A program made the translations under genes and the position numbers. Below are positions 39,436-47,447 of a stretch of DNA of 64,000 nucleotides, piece by piece. The notes beneath the pieces were generated by a model. That model did no database searches. It saw only the letters and a program-made list of their open reading frames with translations, and had not been told where the DNA came from. The first letter of the stretch is position 1. Each line of letters opens with the position of its first letter. This stretch comes from Candidatus Woesearchaeota archaeon (lineage in GTDB: Archaea; Nanobdellota; Nanobdellia; Woesearchaeales; JAZDKJ01): NCBI GenBank assembly GCA_043803105.1, contig JAZDKJ010000006.1, positions 478,638-542,637 on the forward strand, given 5' to 3'.

Positions 39436-39490
39436 TCATTAAACCTCAGTTTCCCGACGCCTGCAAACGCGCCTGGATAGCCCTTCTTAA

Positions 39491-39622
39491 TTACTTCACA
39501 CGATTTCGGCTGTGGGTCTGCTCCCAATAGGCTTTCCTACAGCTTTCATCACAAAACTTGCTGTTTGTGCGCTTCCATGCCGGAATAGCCTTCTCACAGT
39601 GAACGCAATGGCCATCATTCAT
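39491..39622 (-). CDS. 43-aa zinc-finger protein, not in the ORF track
   Basis: MNDGHCVHCEKAIP.....SKFCDESCRK. Confidence 0.55.
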   Translation of the reverse strand: MNDGHCVHCEKAIPAWKRTNSKFCDESCRKAYWEQTHSRNRVK

Positions 39623-39756
39623 GCTTGGCCTTATCCTTGCGGAGTATCTTCAAAGCCTCGTCAATATCTTTGGCTCCGAGTTCTCGCACAATGTCTTCTG
39701 CCATTCTGGTAATCTTTTGCTGAAAGTCTAAGTTGGAAGCAGTCATAGTGTCTTTC

Positions 39757-39900
39757 TCATATTGCCTTGATTTTTTCCATAGCAGCAAGCCTTACGAAGC
39801 TACTTTTGCTGAGTTGTAGGCTTTGTGCTGCTTTTTCTATTGCCTGCATGAATTCCTCATTGACTTCCATAGTGAAAATCTTCTTATCTTTTCTTGGCAT
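39757..39900 (-). CDS. 47-aa RHH (CopG/Arc-like) regulator
   Basis: KIFTMEV.EEF...IEKAA....LSKSSFVRLA. Confidence 0.7.
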   Translation of the reverse strand: MPRKDKKIFTMEVNEEFMQAIEKAAQSLQLSKSSFVRLAAMEKIKAI

Positions 39901-39966
39901 ACTAGAGTAGTATACAGTAAAATTTATATAGTATTCGTACATATTGTACCTAAAATGCCAAGAAAA
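39889..39966. promoter_or_regulatory. Symmetric divergent promoter bounded by a 12-bp inverted repeat
   Basis: ATGCCAAGAAAA begins both divergent genes; central TTTATATA at 39923-39930; GTACA-TAT-TGTAC at 39937-39949. Confidence 0.65.
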
Positions 39967-41322
39967 ATTACAATTGAACAAGTGAATAATAAGATAGCAA
40001 AGTTGATTGCCAAACGAGAAATGTTAGAAAGGAAAGAAGATAAAGAAACTTATGATATTGATTTTACAAGCACCAAACAGCAATATCCAATATATCAACA
40101 ACTTAAGCATGGGTATAGGGGTGACATTGGTAGGCTACTCTATTACCATATGTTGAATCCGAAATCACGTGCTGATAAATTTGTTAAGGATAAGAAAAAA
40201 TTGAGTCCTAACTCTGACCCAAAAAAGGCCCAAAACTTGGCTGCCAAAATTAGAGTTTATACATTAACACTTGAAAATGATTACAGATTAATCTCGAGGA
40301 CAGGCACAAGGGGAAAAATTGTTCAAGTGAACTATCAACGAATCCTAGAAGAGCTCTTTGAGAAGCTTGCACTTTCAAGGCGCAAAAATAAGGAAAATGG
40401 AGAACATAACAAAGTAGTTCTTACGTTTATGGAATATCTCATCGACCGATATGGCGCAGAACCTTTCTTAATTCAATTTAGCACAAAACAAAAGCGAGCA
40501 AAGCTAAAACACCTTTTCAGCACAATGAGGGGAGAAGTGGATGACGACGAATCTCAAGAAGCGAAGGGAAGAGAACAAGAAATAAAAATTCTCCGTTTTC
40601 ATGTAGTCTCAGAATTATTGGAAAACTATTACAAGAGTATCCAGATAGCAAGACAAATTCACGATGGATTCTTCCGATTTGACAGTCCACAATTAATAGA
40701 TACTATGGGTGCTGAACTAGAAATGTTTGACAAAGACTTAGATATTTTTTATCATTATTTTGTAGCCAAAGGAAAAAGGGACCTTGGTCAGGCTATTATG
40801 CGAAAACTTACTTTTGGTCCAAAAGGTGAGAGGAAACATTTGGACTTGTTGGAGGTTTTTCAAAAGTGGGAGTTCTCTTGTAAGGGTTTCCTTCAGAATT
40901 TATCGAATAACAATGAGAGAGTTCTATTTCTGCTTTCAGTATTTCCCTTCCCAATACCTTTTTATGATATTAGAACAAAGGATGTTTATTGTGTTGACCC
41001 AACCAAGGAAGAAGTTGAATCCTGCCAAAAGGTCTTTTCTAAATTATTTGAGAGATTCTTCGACTTTTACAAGTTACGAAAAATTAACCAGTCAGACTAT
41101 AAGAAAGATTATATGATTGAAGAAAATCATTTTAAGTTGCTCCAAAAAGAGTTCAACTTTCTGCGCATCAGAAGGCAGTCGCTTCTAAAACAAAATAAAT
41201 ATCTAGAGTTGTTGTTCTTAAACCATGATGTTGTGGATAAGCTTTTGTTGAAGATAAAAACTGAGACGGAAGATTACCTGGAGCATGTTGAGGACATAGC
41301 TACAGTGTATAAAACAAAATGA
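39955..41322 (+). CDS. Hypothetical 455-aa protein, possible N-terminal wHTH
   Basis: Long AT-rich ORF; ATG 25 nt after the TATA box. Confidence 0.65.
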   Translation: MPRKITIEQVNNKIAKLIAKREMLERKEDKETYDIDFTSTKQQYPIYQQLKHGYRGDIGRLLYYHMLNPKSRADKFVKDKKKLSPNSDPKKAQNLAAKIRVYTLTLENDYRLISRTGTRGKIVQVNYQRILEELFEKLALSRRKNKENGEHNKVVLTFMEYLIDRYGAEPFLIQFSTKQKRAKLKHLFSTMRGEVDDDESQEAKGREQEIKILRFHVVSELLENYYKSIQIARQIHDGFFRFDSPQLIDTMGAELEMFDKDLDIFYHYFVAKGKRDLGQAIMRKLTFGPKGERKHLDLLEVFQKWEFSCKGFLQNLSNNNERVLFLLSVFPFPIPFYDIRTKDVYCVDPTKEEVESCQKVFSKLFERFFDFYKLRKINQSDYKKDYMIEENHFKLLQKEFNFLRIRRQSLLKQNKYLELLFLNHDVVDKLLLKIKTETEDYLEHVEDIATVYKTK

Positions 41323-41323
41323 A

Positions 41324-42619
41324 CTAGAATTTGATTCCTTTTGCCCTGAATACCAATTCTATCTTTTTCTGGAAGTCGCTGAAATCCCCTTGCATCTGGT
41401 CTATCTTCTGCTGTTGCAGCTTGCTTTCTTCTTCCTTGGCCTTGATCTCCGCCTCAATTACTTGGTGGTCAAGTGGCCTTTTGCACTTGTCACAAATGCT
41501 CTCAGCTAACCCATTCAAAGCCCCACAGAACACACAAGGTTTGGTTGTTGGCTCAAACTCTTTGTGGTTCGCATCTGCTTTGATTATTCCGCGCTTTATG
41601 AGGTCTATCTTGAAGCTTTCTTCTTGCGTTGATAGGTCGTAGGTTTTTAGTTGTTTTGTGCTGGTCCATCTTGCTGTGTGCTGTATGTCTAGGTCGCTTG
41701 CGCCTCTGAGTCGCATGATGGTCACTCCGTTGCGCTTGAGGGAGTACAGGGTTATGGGTTTTTTGATTCCGAGTTGCTTGCATCTTTCTCTGATGAGTTT
41801 GTTGGCTGCTGTAGGAGTCATTTGGCAGTGCCTGTTGGTTCTGCCTGTGTTCACGAATAGGTAAGCGTTCTTGTCTTTTCTGTTAGGGTGCTCATTAATC
41901 CATTTGGCAAGGTAGAAGTAGCTGTCAATGATTCTTAGAAAGCCTGTGCCTTCTTTTCCGTGTTCTGTAACCCATAGCTTTGCATAGTTCTCGTGGAGCT
42001 CAACATCTTTTATCTTTCGGCCTAGTAATTCTTGAGGTCTGCCAAGGCTCTCAAGCATCACAGTCAGTAGGCACTGCATCCTTGAGTCATCCGCGAAAGC
42101 TTGAACTAACTGCTCGAATTCGTCTAGCTCGAATTTGTCTCCGCGCAGTTTCTCTTTTGATTTGTCGATTTTGCCGTTAAGGTGTCGGACCACGTAAGGC
42201 GTTATTGTGTCATCGATTCTGCCTCTCTCATCTTTTTCGGGGAAAAGTTGTTTCCAGAGAAATTTGAGGTCCAGGCTAAAATCTCTTTTCGACTTCATGC
42301 TTTTGTTGACTGTGTGCGCAAAGGTCATTACTTTATCAATGTCTTTTCTGTCGTCAATGCTTGCAAGGTCTTTGTCTGTTACATGGCATACTATCAAGAA
42401 GGTTCTGAATAGTCGTAAGCGTCTGATAAAGCTGATGTCTCTGGCTGAGAATATTTTAGCTAGTTCGAGAAAGTGCTTTTTGTTTTCTTTGTTTTTTATC
42501 CAGTACTTGCGTCTTACTTCGTCACGATTTGAGAAGTCTGGTTTTCTGCAATAGATGTCTAGTTTAGAAAGGAATGTCTCGTATCGTTTTTGGTTGTTGT
42601 AGATGTCGTTATCGGCCAT
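41324..42619 (-). CDS. Tyrosine integrase with a C-terminal zinc ribbon and coiled coil
   Basis: LGRPQELL (R), GKEG (K), YSLKR, RWT, KTYD (Y); CVFC...CDKC; adjacent to the tRNA att site. Confidence 0.9.
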   Translation of the reverse strand: MADNDIYNNQKRYETFLSKLDIYCRKPDFSNRDEVRRKYWIKNKENKKHFLELAKIFSARDISFIRRLRLFRTFLIVCHVTDKDLASIDDRKDIDKVMTFAHTVNKSMKSKRDFSLDLKFLWKQLFPEKDERGRIDDTITPYVVRHLNGKIDKSKEKLRGDKFELDEFEQLVQAFADDSRMQCLLTVMLESLGRPQELLGRKIKDVELHENYAKLWVTEHGKEGTGFLRIIDSYFYLAKWINEHPNRKDKNAYLFVNTGRTNRHCQMTPTAANKLIRERCKQLGIKKPITLYSLKRNGVTIMRLRGASDLDIQHTARWTSTKQLKTYDLSTQEESFKIDLIKRGIIKADANHKEFEPTTKPCVFCGALNGLAESICDKCKRPLDHQVIEAEIKAKEEESKLQQQKIDQMQGDFSDFQKKIELVFRAKGIKF

Positions 42620-42692
42620 ATTCTGTTTGCTCGTCGATAACTAGCATAAGAATTACAAGTATATAAATGTTTCGCATTAAACCATAAGGATA

Positions 42693-42704
42693 ATGCGAGG
42701 GGAG
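42693..42704. repeat. att site overlapping the tRNA-Leu 3' end
   Basis: Identical to 31348-31359. Confidence 0.8.
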
Positions 42705-42975
42705 GGATTTTCGATGCTGTTAGGAACGTCTTTTGGCATTAGCCAAAAGTTTTTCCCAGGTTCGCTTACCGAACTTAAGGTTCGGTGGCGTGCCAGAAAA
42801 CCTTTGGTTTTCTGAGCATTTTCCTATTGAAAAAAGCTGTTTCGAACCCTCGGACCCACTAAGGGACAGGATATCATAGATCATTCCCTTAAGTCCTGCG
42901 CATTTGGTCTGAACCGCAGGTTCTGACGCTTTGAAAACCTATGGTTTTCATTTGACCAGGCTCTGCCACCCTCGC
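42694..42975 (-). tRNA. tRNA-Leu(UAA) with three introns: 42904-42951 (D-loop), 42873-42887 (37/38), 42708-42840 (T-loop)
   Basis: Removing the three inserts gives an 86-nt cloverleaf: acceptor GCGAGGG/CCCTCGC, anticodon arm CAGGA-CTTAAGA-TCCTG, long variable arm, GAGGG-TTCGAAT-CCCTC; BHB-like junctions; TATA box about 25 nt upstream. Confidence 0.9.
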
Positions 42976-43225
42976 ACTGTTGATTCAAGGCCACGGTTTG
43001 TTTAAAAAGTTTGTCCTTTCCAATGCAGTCAACATCTTGTATCATTAGGGAGCGGTAATAAAAGGCCAACCCTTTACTAAGTTTCCACCCAGGACATTTA
43101 GGGTAAGGGCCAACCTTGAGCATGGCTTACGCAGGAGATAAGCCGGCTTTATTTCTTCTTTTTCTTCTAAACCGAAAGGTTTATATACGCTTGCCAAAAC
43201 TGTAACTCCAACTTGGTGATAACAA

Positions 43226-43897
43226 ATGGAATGGTATAGCAATCTTGTCTTCTTTAGGAAAAGGAAAATACTCCAAAGGTACAGAGAGTTATTTGACAAA
43301 ATAAACAAGGTTTACCTCCGTGCAGAGGGTATACCGCTGTCACCTGTCCCTTCGGAAGCTTATGATCAACTGGTGGTTTATGTTGACTCTGCCTTAGAAA
43401 CCAAAAAAATGCGACTCCGTGCAAGCGACCTTGAGGATACGATCTCAAATGTTGCAAAGCATTGTTCGGCTGCGCTTGCAGGTTTTGAATCAGGTTCTCC
43501 AATAAAGTATCTTTCAAGTTACTCCGGGAGTATCTCTGCCCTTGCCTATCAGCTGCACGAATGGCTTCCAAACCTAAGACACAAAGATGCCTTGTCTTTG
43601 TCAAAAAAAGCAGAGGAAACTGTAAAAACTACCATGGCTGACTTGCTTGAGCACCTTGCCAAGGTTCCTGAAGAATATACTGAAAGTTCCTTTCATCAGC
43701 TTACACAATTTCAGAACCTTGTAAATGCCTTAGGCCCTGTGGCAATGATAGACCTAACTTATGAAGGTCATAGAAACAGTTTTAAGGAGATTCTAGAACG
43801 CAAAATTGACAAATATCTCAAGGAACAAACAGGCTTGGGGCCTGAAACCAAGAACGATTATCGAGTAATTTCACTTGGAGAAACAGGTGCACAATGA
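43226..43897 (+). CDS. Hypothetical helical protein
   Basis: 223-aa ORF; ATGA overlap with the next gene. Confidence 0.6.
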   Translation: MEWYSNLVFFRKRKILQRYRELFDKINKVYLRAEGIPLSPVPSEAYDQLVVYVDSALETKKMRLRASDLEDTISNVAKHCSAALAGFESGSPIKYLSSYSGSISALAYQLHEWLPNLRHKDALSLSKKAEETVKTTMADLLEHLAKVPEEYTESSFHQLTQFQNLVNALGPVAMIDLTYEGHRNSFKEILERKIDKYLKEQTGLGPETKNDYRVISLGETGAQ

Positions 43898-45144
43898 GTC
43901 AACCTTATAGGCCTGATTTTGACAGGCTTCCAATTAAATCTGAAAAAAACGGTTTTATATCTAACTACAAAAGGCCTTTGACGGTTACAGCAATTTGTGC
44001 TGCCTTTATCACAGCTGCAGGTGTTTATTACCTCAGTCAACCTAAAGCAATAAAGGTTGCTGCCACAGATGGATTGGCATCAATATCCAAACCTTCTTTG
44101 CAGCCAGAAACCACACCTAAAATCTCGCTTCCTCAAATGTCTTTTAATGAACTGGCTAAGCAGCCAAGTATTGAAGAACCTTATTCTCTTTCCTTTGCTC
44201 CCGAAGGTACTTCGGCAAAACTCGGTCCTTTCAACCAGTCAAGCTTCTTTCCTGTCTACAAAGAGGGTGGCAAATATATTGTCTTAACTCCCAAGGTATT
44301 GAAGAAAGATGATGGCAATACATACATGACTATTGATACAAACATTGCGAACCTTGCTCAAAAATATGACTTCCAGGCCATCGGAATAAACCTAAAGGTA
44401 GGTAAAGAAATTGTAGCCCAAAACATCAATGAAGTTGGAAAACCAATATCTTTCAAGGTCTCCGGCAAGTTGGAAGAAGCCTTAAAATCAAACAAGAAAA
44501 TAAATTTCCAAGTTATGGCTCTGCGCAAAGTTGGGTCCACAAGGCATTATCATATTGTTGCTTCATATGCCAATGGTGTTCTGGATGGCTCTGCCCCAAA
44601 GGGCTTGGAATCCATTACATCAAGCCTTTATGAATCTGGGCTTAAGGTCAAGGCCTCCTTAGGAAAGTCTGGGGCTTATGATCGAATACCTACTCTTATT
44701 GAGCAGTATGTGGGTGAAAAAAACACAGATAATGCATCCATCCAACCTCCTACACTTGCGCGGTGGGAAAAAGACTTCAAACAGAAGGTCTTTCAGGCCG
44801 CGGACCTATACAAGAGCGCTCTTTCAAGGGGTTTTGGCCATTCCAAGAGCCTTGAGCATGTTATCGAGCATTCTGACCTTCCTGGCCTTGACACAAAGCA
44901 AGATGCTTACGAGGCAGTATACCTGGCAAGGAATTTTGGTCATGAGGCAGTAATTGGCAGGTGGAATTCCAAGCTATTTGTCGGCCCAGAAATTTCTAAT
45001 TACGTTAAAGGCCTGAAATATGCCACAAATCAAGCAGGAAAGCGTATTTTCACAAACAAAGACATTTTGGAGCATGTTGCTGAAAAGTACGGGCATTCAA
45101 TGAGCAATAGCACGCTAAAAAAATATCTAACCATGGCTTGCTGA
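43894..45144 (+). CDS. Membrane-anchored hypothetical protein with an HTH-like C-terminus
   Basis: N-terminal TM helix; NKDILEHVAEKYGHSMSNSTLKKY. Confidence 0.6.
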   Translation: MSQPYRPDFDRLPIKSEKNGFISNYKRPLTVTAICAAFITAAGVYYLSQPKAIKVAATDGLASISKPSLQPETTPKISLPQMSFNELAKQPSIEEPYSLSFAPEGTSAKLGPFNQSSFFPVYKEGGKYIVLTPKVLKKDDGNTYMTIDTNIANLAQKYDFQAIGINLKVGKEIVAQNINEVGKPISFKVSGKLEEALKSNKKINFQVMALRKVGSTRHYHIVASYANGVLDGSAPKGLESITSSLYESGLKVKASLGKSGAYDRIPTLIEQYVGEKNTDNASIQPPTLARWEKDFKQKVFQAADLYKSALSRGFGHSKSLEHVIEHSDLPGLDTKQDAYEAVYLARNFGHEAVIGRWNSKLFVGPEISNYVKGLKYATNQAGKRIFTNKDILEHVAEKYGHSMSNSTLKKYLTMAC

Positions 45145-45199
45145 TTGTAAAATTCTTAGCAACACAATCTTTATAAATAAGAAAATATTCTATACATCT

Positions 45200-45379
45200 A
45201 TGAAGAAAACGCCTGTTTCAAAGAAAACAGAGAAGCCAAAGGTTGCCTTTAAGCGTTTCAGGTGTGAAATGTGCGGCGCCACCTCAGATAAGCCTGGGGA
45301 GCACTGCGGTTATCCAATGGTTGACTTGCTGAGTACCGGTTGCATGGGCTGTCAGGGCTGCGGCATGCACGTTAAGTAA
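45200..45379 (+). CDS. 59-aa Cys-rich metal-binding protein, not in the ORF track
   Basis: RCEMC...HCGYPM...GCMGCQGCGMH; TTTATAAA box upstream. Confidence 0.7.
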   Translation: MKKTPVSKKTEKPKVAFKRFRCEMCGATSDKPGEHCGYPMVDLLSTGCMGCQGCGMHVK

Positions 45380-45406
45380 TTTCTGGGGTGAATTTGAGGC
45401 AGAAGT

Positions 45407-46741
45407 ATGTTAGATAACTCTAGACCTTTGGACAATACCTTGGAATTGATTCTCAATGAGCAAGGTACTAAGAACTATACTGCTTTCACAAATCTTTTTG
45501 CTCCCGAGATTTCTTATGAGCTACGTCCAAAGAAGACAGCCATTTCTGAGAACGGTCAGAAGATTCTGGTCGCGTTTGTTAAGAAAGGCATTGAACTTTA
45601 CGGCCCTGCGCAGCGAAAACTTGGCGGTTTGTATATTAATCATCCCTGGACTACTGCCAGGGTTCTTGCAGATTTAGATGCTGACCTTGACGTGATTATC
45701 GCTGCTTACATGCATGACGTGACTGATCTGGCAATAAAGAAGGCACAGAAGAATAGCAGTCTTGAAGACGAGCGTGCCTTTGCTCACCAATATTTGGCTG
45801 ATTTGATGAAGGAAAGCAATAATGAACTGGAACGATTTTCAGTGCCTCAATCTGAAAGAGAGCGCTTCATTGGCTCTTTGCATGAGATTCTGCGCGTTAA
45901 TATTGGCTTAAAGGACGAATCACCTTACAGGCTTAGGGGAGACATTTTCAGGTCCAGTGAAGCTCTAAAGGCTGCACTCGTTAAGTTCAGCGATGACTTG
46001 TGCAACACCTGGGACCTTGACAGGCCTAACGGAGAAGAGCCTTCATTGCCATTATGGCTTAGCAATTTGATTGACGAACAACTCAGCTTCAAGACAATAG
46101 ATGAACTTGAGAACAAGCTTAACATCTTCATAACACCCTTGATGTTTTACCTGAACCAATTGCTGCCTGAGGAAAAGAAAAACATCAGCTTAAAGGGAGC
46201 GGAAAAAATCAAGAAAATTTACAAGAACATTTCTCTTATCAACATTAAGCCCGAGGACTTTGAAGTCGGCTATACTGGCGACAAGCATATCCCAATTCTT
46301 AAGCATTTGGAAACCAATCTGGTCTCTGCCTCAAAAATCAAGGCAAGGGAACATGCAGAGCACATGATACGCAAGCACATACATCCATATTATGCAAGGC
46401 ACAGCCTCAACCTGCTGCGAGAATATGAAGGTTTCAATGTGGTCACACCTTCTCATAAGTATAGCCCTTTTGATGGCATGTTCGGTTACTTTGATCAAAT
46501 GATTAAAGGAGATGAGAAAGCAATAGATGCAATGAACGAAAACAAGAAGTTACAATTCAAGGCTATTATTCTTCTTTGGAAGCATATGGAGCTGTTCGAA
46601 GAAGATCCCTCCCGTAGGGTGCAAGGCCTGGATGAGTCAGGCTTGATTGATGTTGTCGGGCCTGTGATGGTTAGGAAACCATTCTATTCAGTCATTGGGA
46701 GCGTGGCTGCCAATGCTTCCAAGCTTCTTTTCAATCTGTAA
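45407..46741 (+). CDS. RelA/SpoT-type HD-domain protein (divergent)
   Basis: QRKLGGLYINHP...AAYMHDVTD...LVKFSDDLCN parallels RKSGEPYI.HP...ALLHDVVED...IKLADRLHN. Confidence 0.75.
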   Translation: MLDNSRPLDNTLELILNEQGTKNYTAFTNLFAPEISYELRPKKTAISENGQKILVAFVKKGIELYGPAQRKLGGLYINHPWTTARVLADLDADLDVIIAAYMHDVTDLAIKKAQKNSSLEDERAFAHQYLADLMKESNNELERFSVPQSERERFIGSLHEILRVNIGLKDESPYRLRGDIFRSSEALKAALVKFSDDLCNTWDLDRPNGEEPSLPLWLSNLIDEQLSFKTIDELENKLNIFITPLMFYLNQLLPEEKKNISLKGAEKIKKIYKNISLINIKPEDFEVGYTGDKHIPILKHLETNLVSASKIKAREHAEHMIRKHIHPYYARHSLNLLREYEGFNVVTPSHKYSPFDGMFGYFDQMIKGDEKAIDAMNENKKLQFKAIILLWKHMELFEEDPSRRVQGLDESGLIDVVGPVMVRKPFYSVIGSVAANASKLLFNL

Positions 46742-46784
46742 ATTCATAATCTTTAAATATTGACATCTGGTTCTCCGTCGTATC

Positions 46785-46876
46785 GCCTCTGTAGCATAGT
46801 AGCTATTGCGCGGCCTTGGTAATTGCACTGCAATTCAGAAAGGCCGAGGTCGAGGGCGCACATCCCTCCAGAGGCT
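46785..46876 (+). tRNA. tRNA-Thr(GGU) with a 19-nt intron (46822-46840) and atypical D/T loops
   Basis: Acceptor GCCTCTG/CAGAGGC, anticodon stem CGGCC/GGCCG, T stem GAGGG/CCCTC, BHB-like intron at 37/38. Confidence 0.8.
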
Positions 46877-46959
46877 TACATTCCATTTCTTCTGCTTCAA
46901 ATGTCCTAATTCGGGAAATCCATTGGCTCTGGAGGCTAGGAGACCTCAGTCGAGTATGT

Positions 46960-46971
46960 CTCCAGAGGCTT
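46960..46971 (+). repeat. Copy of the tRNA-Thr 3' end (CTCCAGAGGCTT)
   Basis: Identical to 46866-46877. Confidence 0.65.
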
Positions 46972-47017
46972 TCAAACATGAGTTATCTTTAAATATTAAG
47001 TCTGAATAATTCAGCGC

Positions 47018-47389
47018 ATGAGCGACATAGCAGATAGTTTCCTATCATTTTTCACCGGTACCAAAGAAGAGCTGTTGCAGAATTTTGAAGTGAAAGTTAC
47101 GTTCACTTGCGGCCTTGTTGAATTGTGCCTTGCTGTGTCTGGATTTGCAGGTGAAGAGCTAAGCACGTATCTATTTGTTGACAACCATATTCGTCTCTTA
47201 AGAACATTTGGTTCTGCAGCAAAAAACTTCATGAAACTTGGAAAATTCTATGACTGTAGCTTGGTTCAGCCGGGTCTAGTCGGCACTATAAGGGAGATAA
47301 CAACATATCTAACCGAGGACACGCAATATCAGCCAGCTGTTCAACCGACTTCTTTCACTTCTGGTTTAACTTTGGACCGCATTGAATAA
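47018..47389 (+). CDS. Hypothetical protein
   Basis: Has the same 15-bp promoter block as the next gene. Confidence 0.55.
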   Translation: MSDIADSFLSFFTGTKEELLQNFEVKVTFTCGLVELCLAVSGFAGEELSTYLFVDNHIRLLRTFGSAAKNFMKLGKFYDCSLVQPGLVGTIREITTYLTEDTQYQPAVQPTSFTSGLTLDRIE

Positions 47390-47447
47390 ATGCACCGACG
47401 TGCCGTAATGGGTTATCTTTAAATATACTTTTGGCACCAATCTCACC

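Larger units (their letters stand above)
31348..42704. mobile_element. Integrated primase-helicase plasmid/virus-like element (about 11.4 kb) at tRNA-Leu
   Basis: 12-bp direct repeat at both ends, one overlapping the tRNA 3' end; integrase beside the tRNA; Prim-Pol/helicase gene; many tiny ORFs. Confidence 0.85.

Noticed and set aside
39823-39954. N-terminal extension of the 499-aa ORF in the track
   Set aside because: It overlaps the divergent RHH gene and promoter; the start is more likely 39955
42881-43123. 80-aa ORF
   Set aside because: It runs through the tRNA-Leu gene and has no recognisable motif
46806-47009. 67-aa ORF
   Set aside because: It overlaps tRNA-Thr
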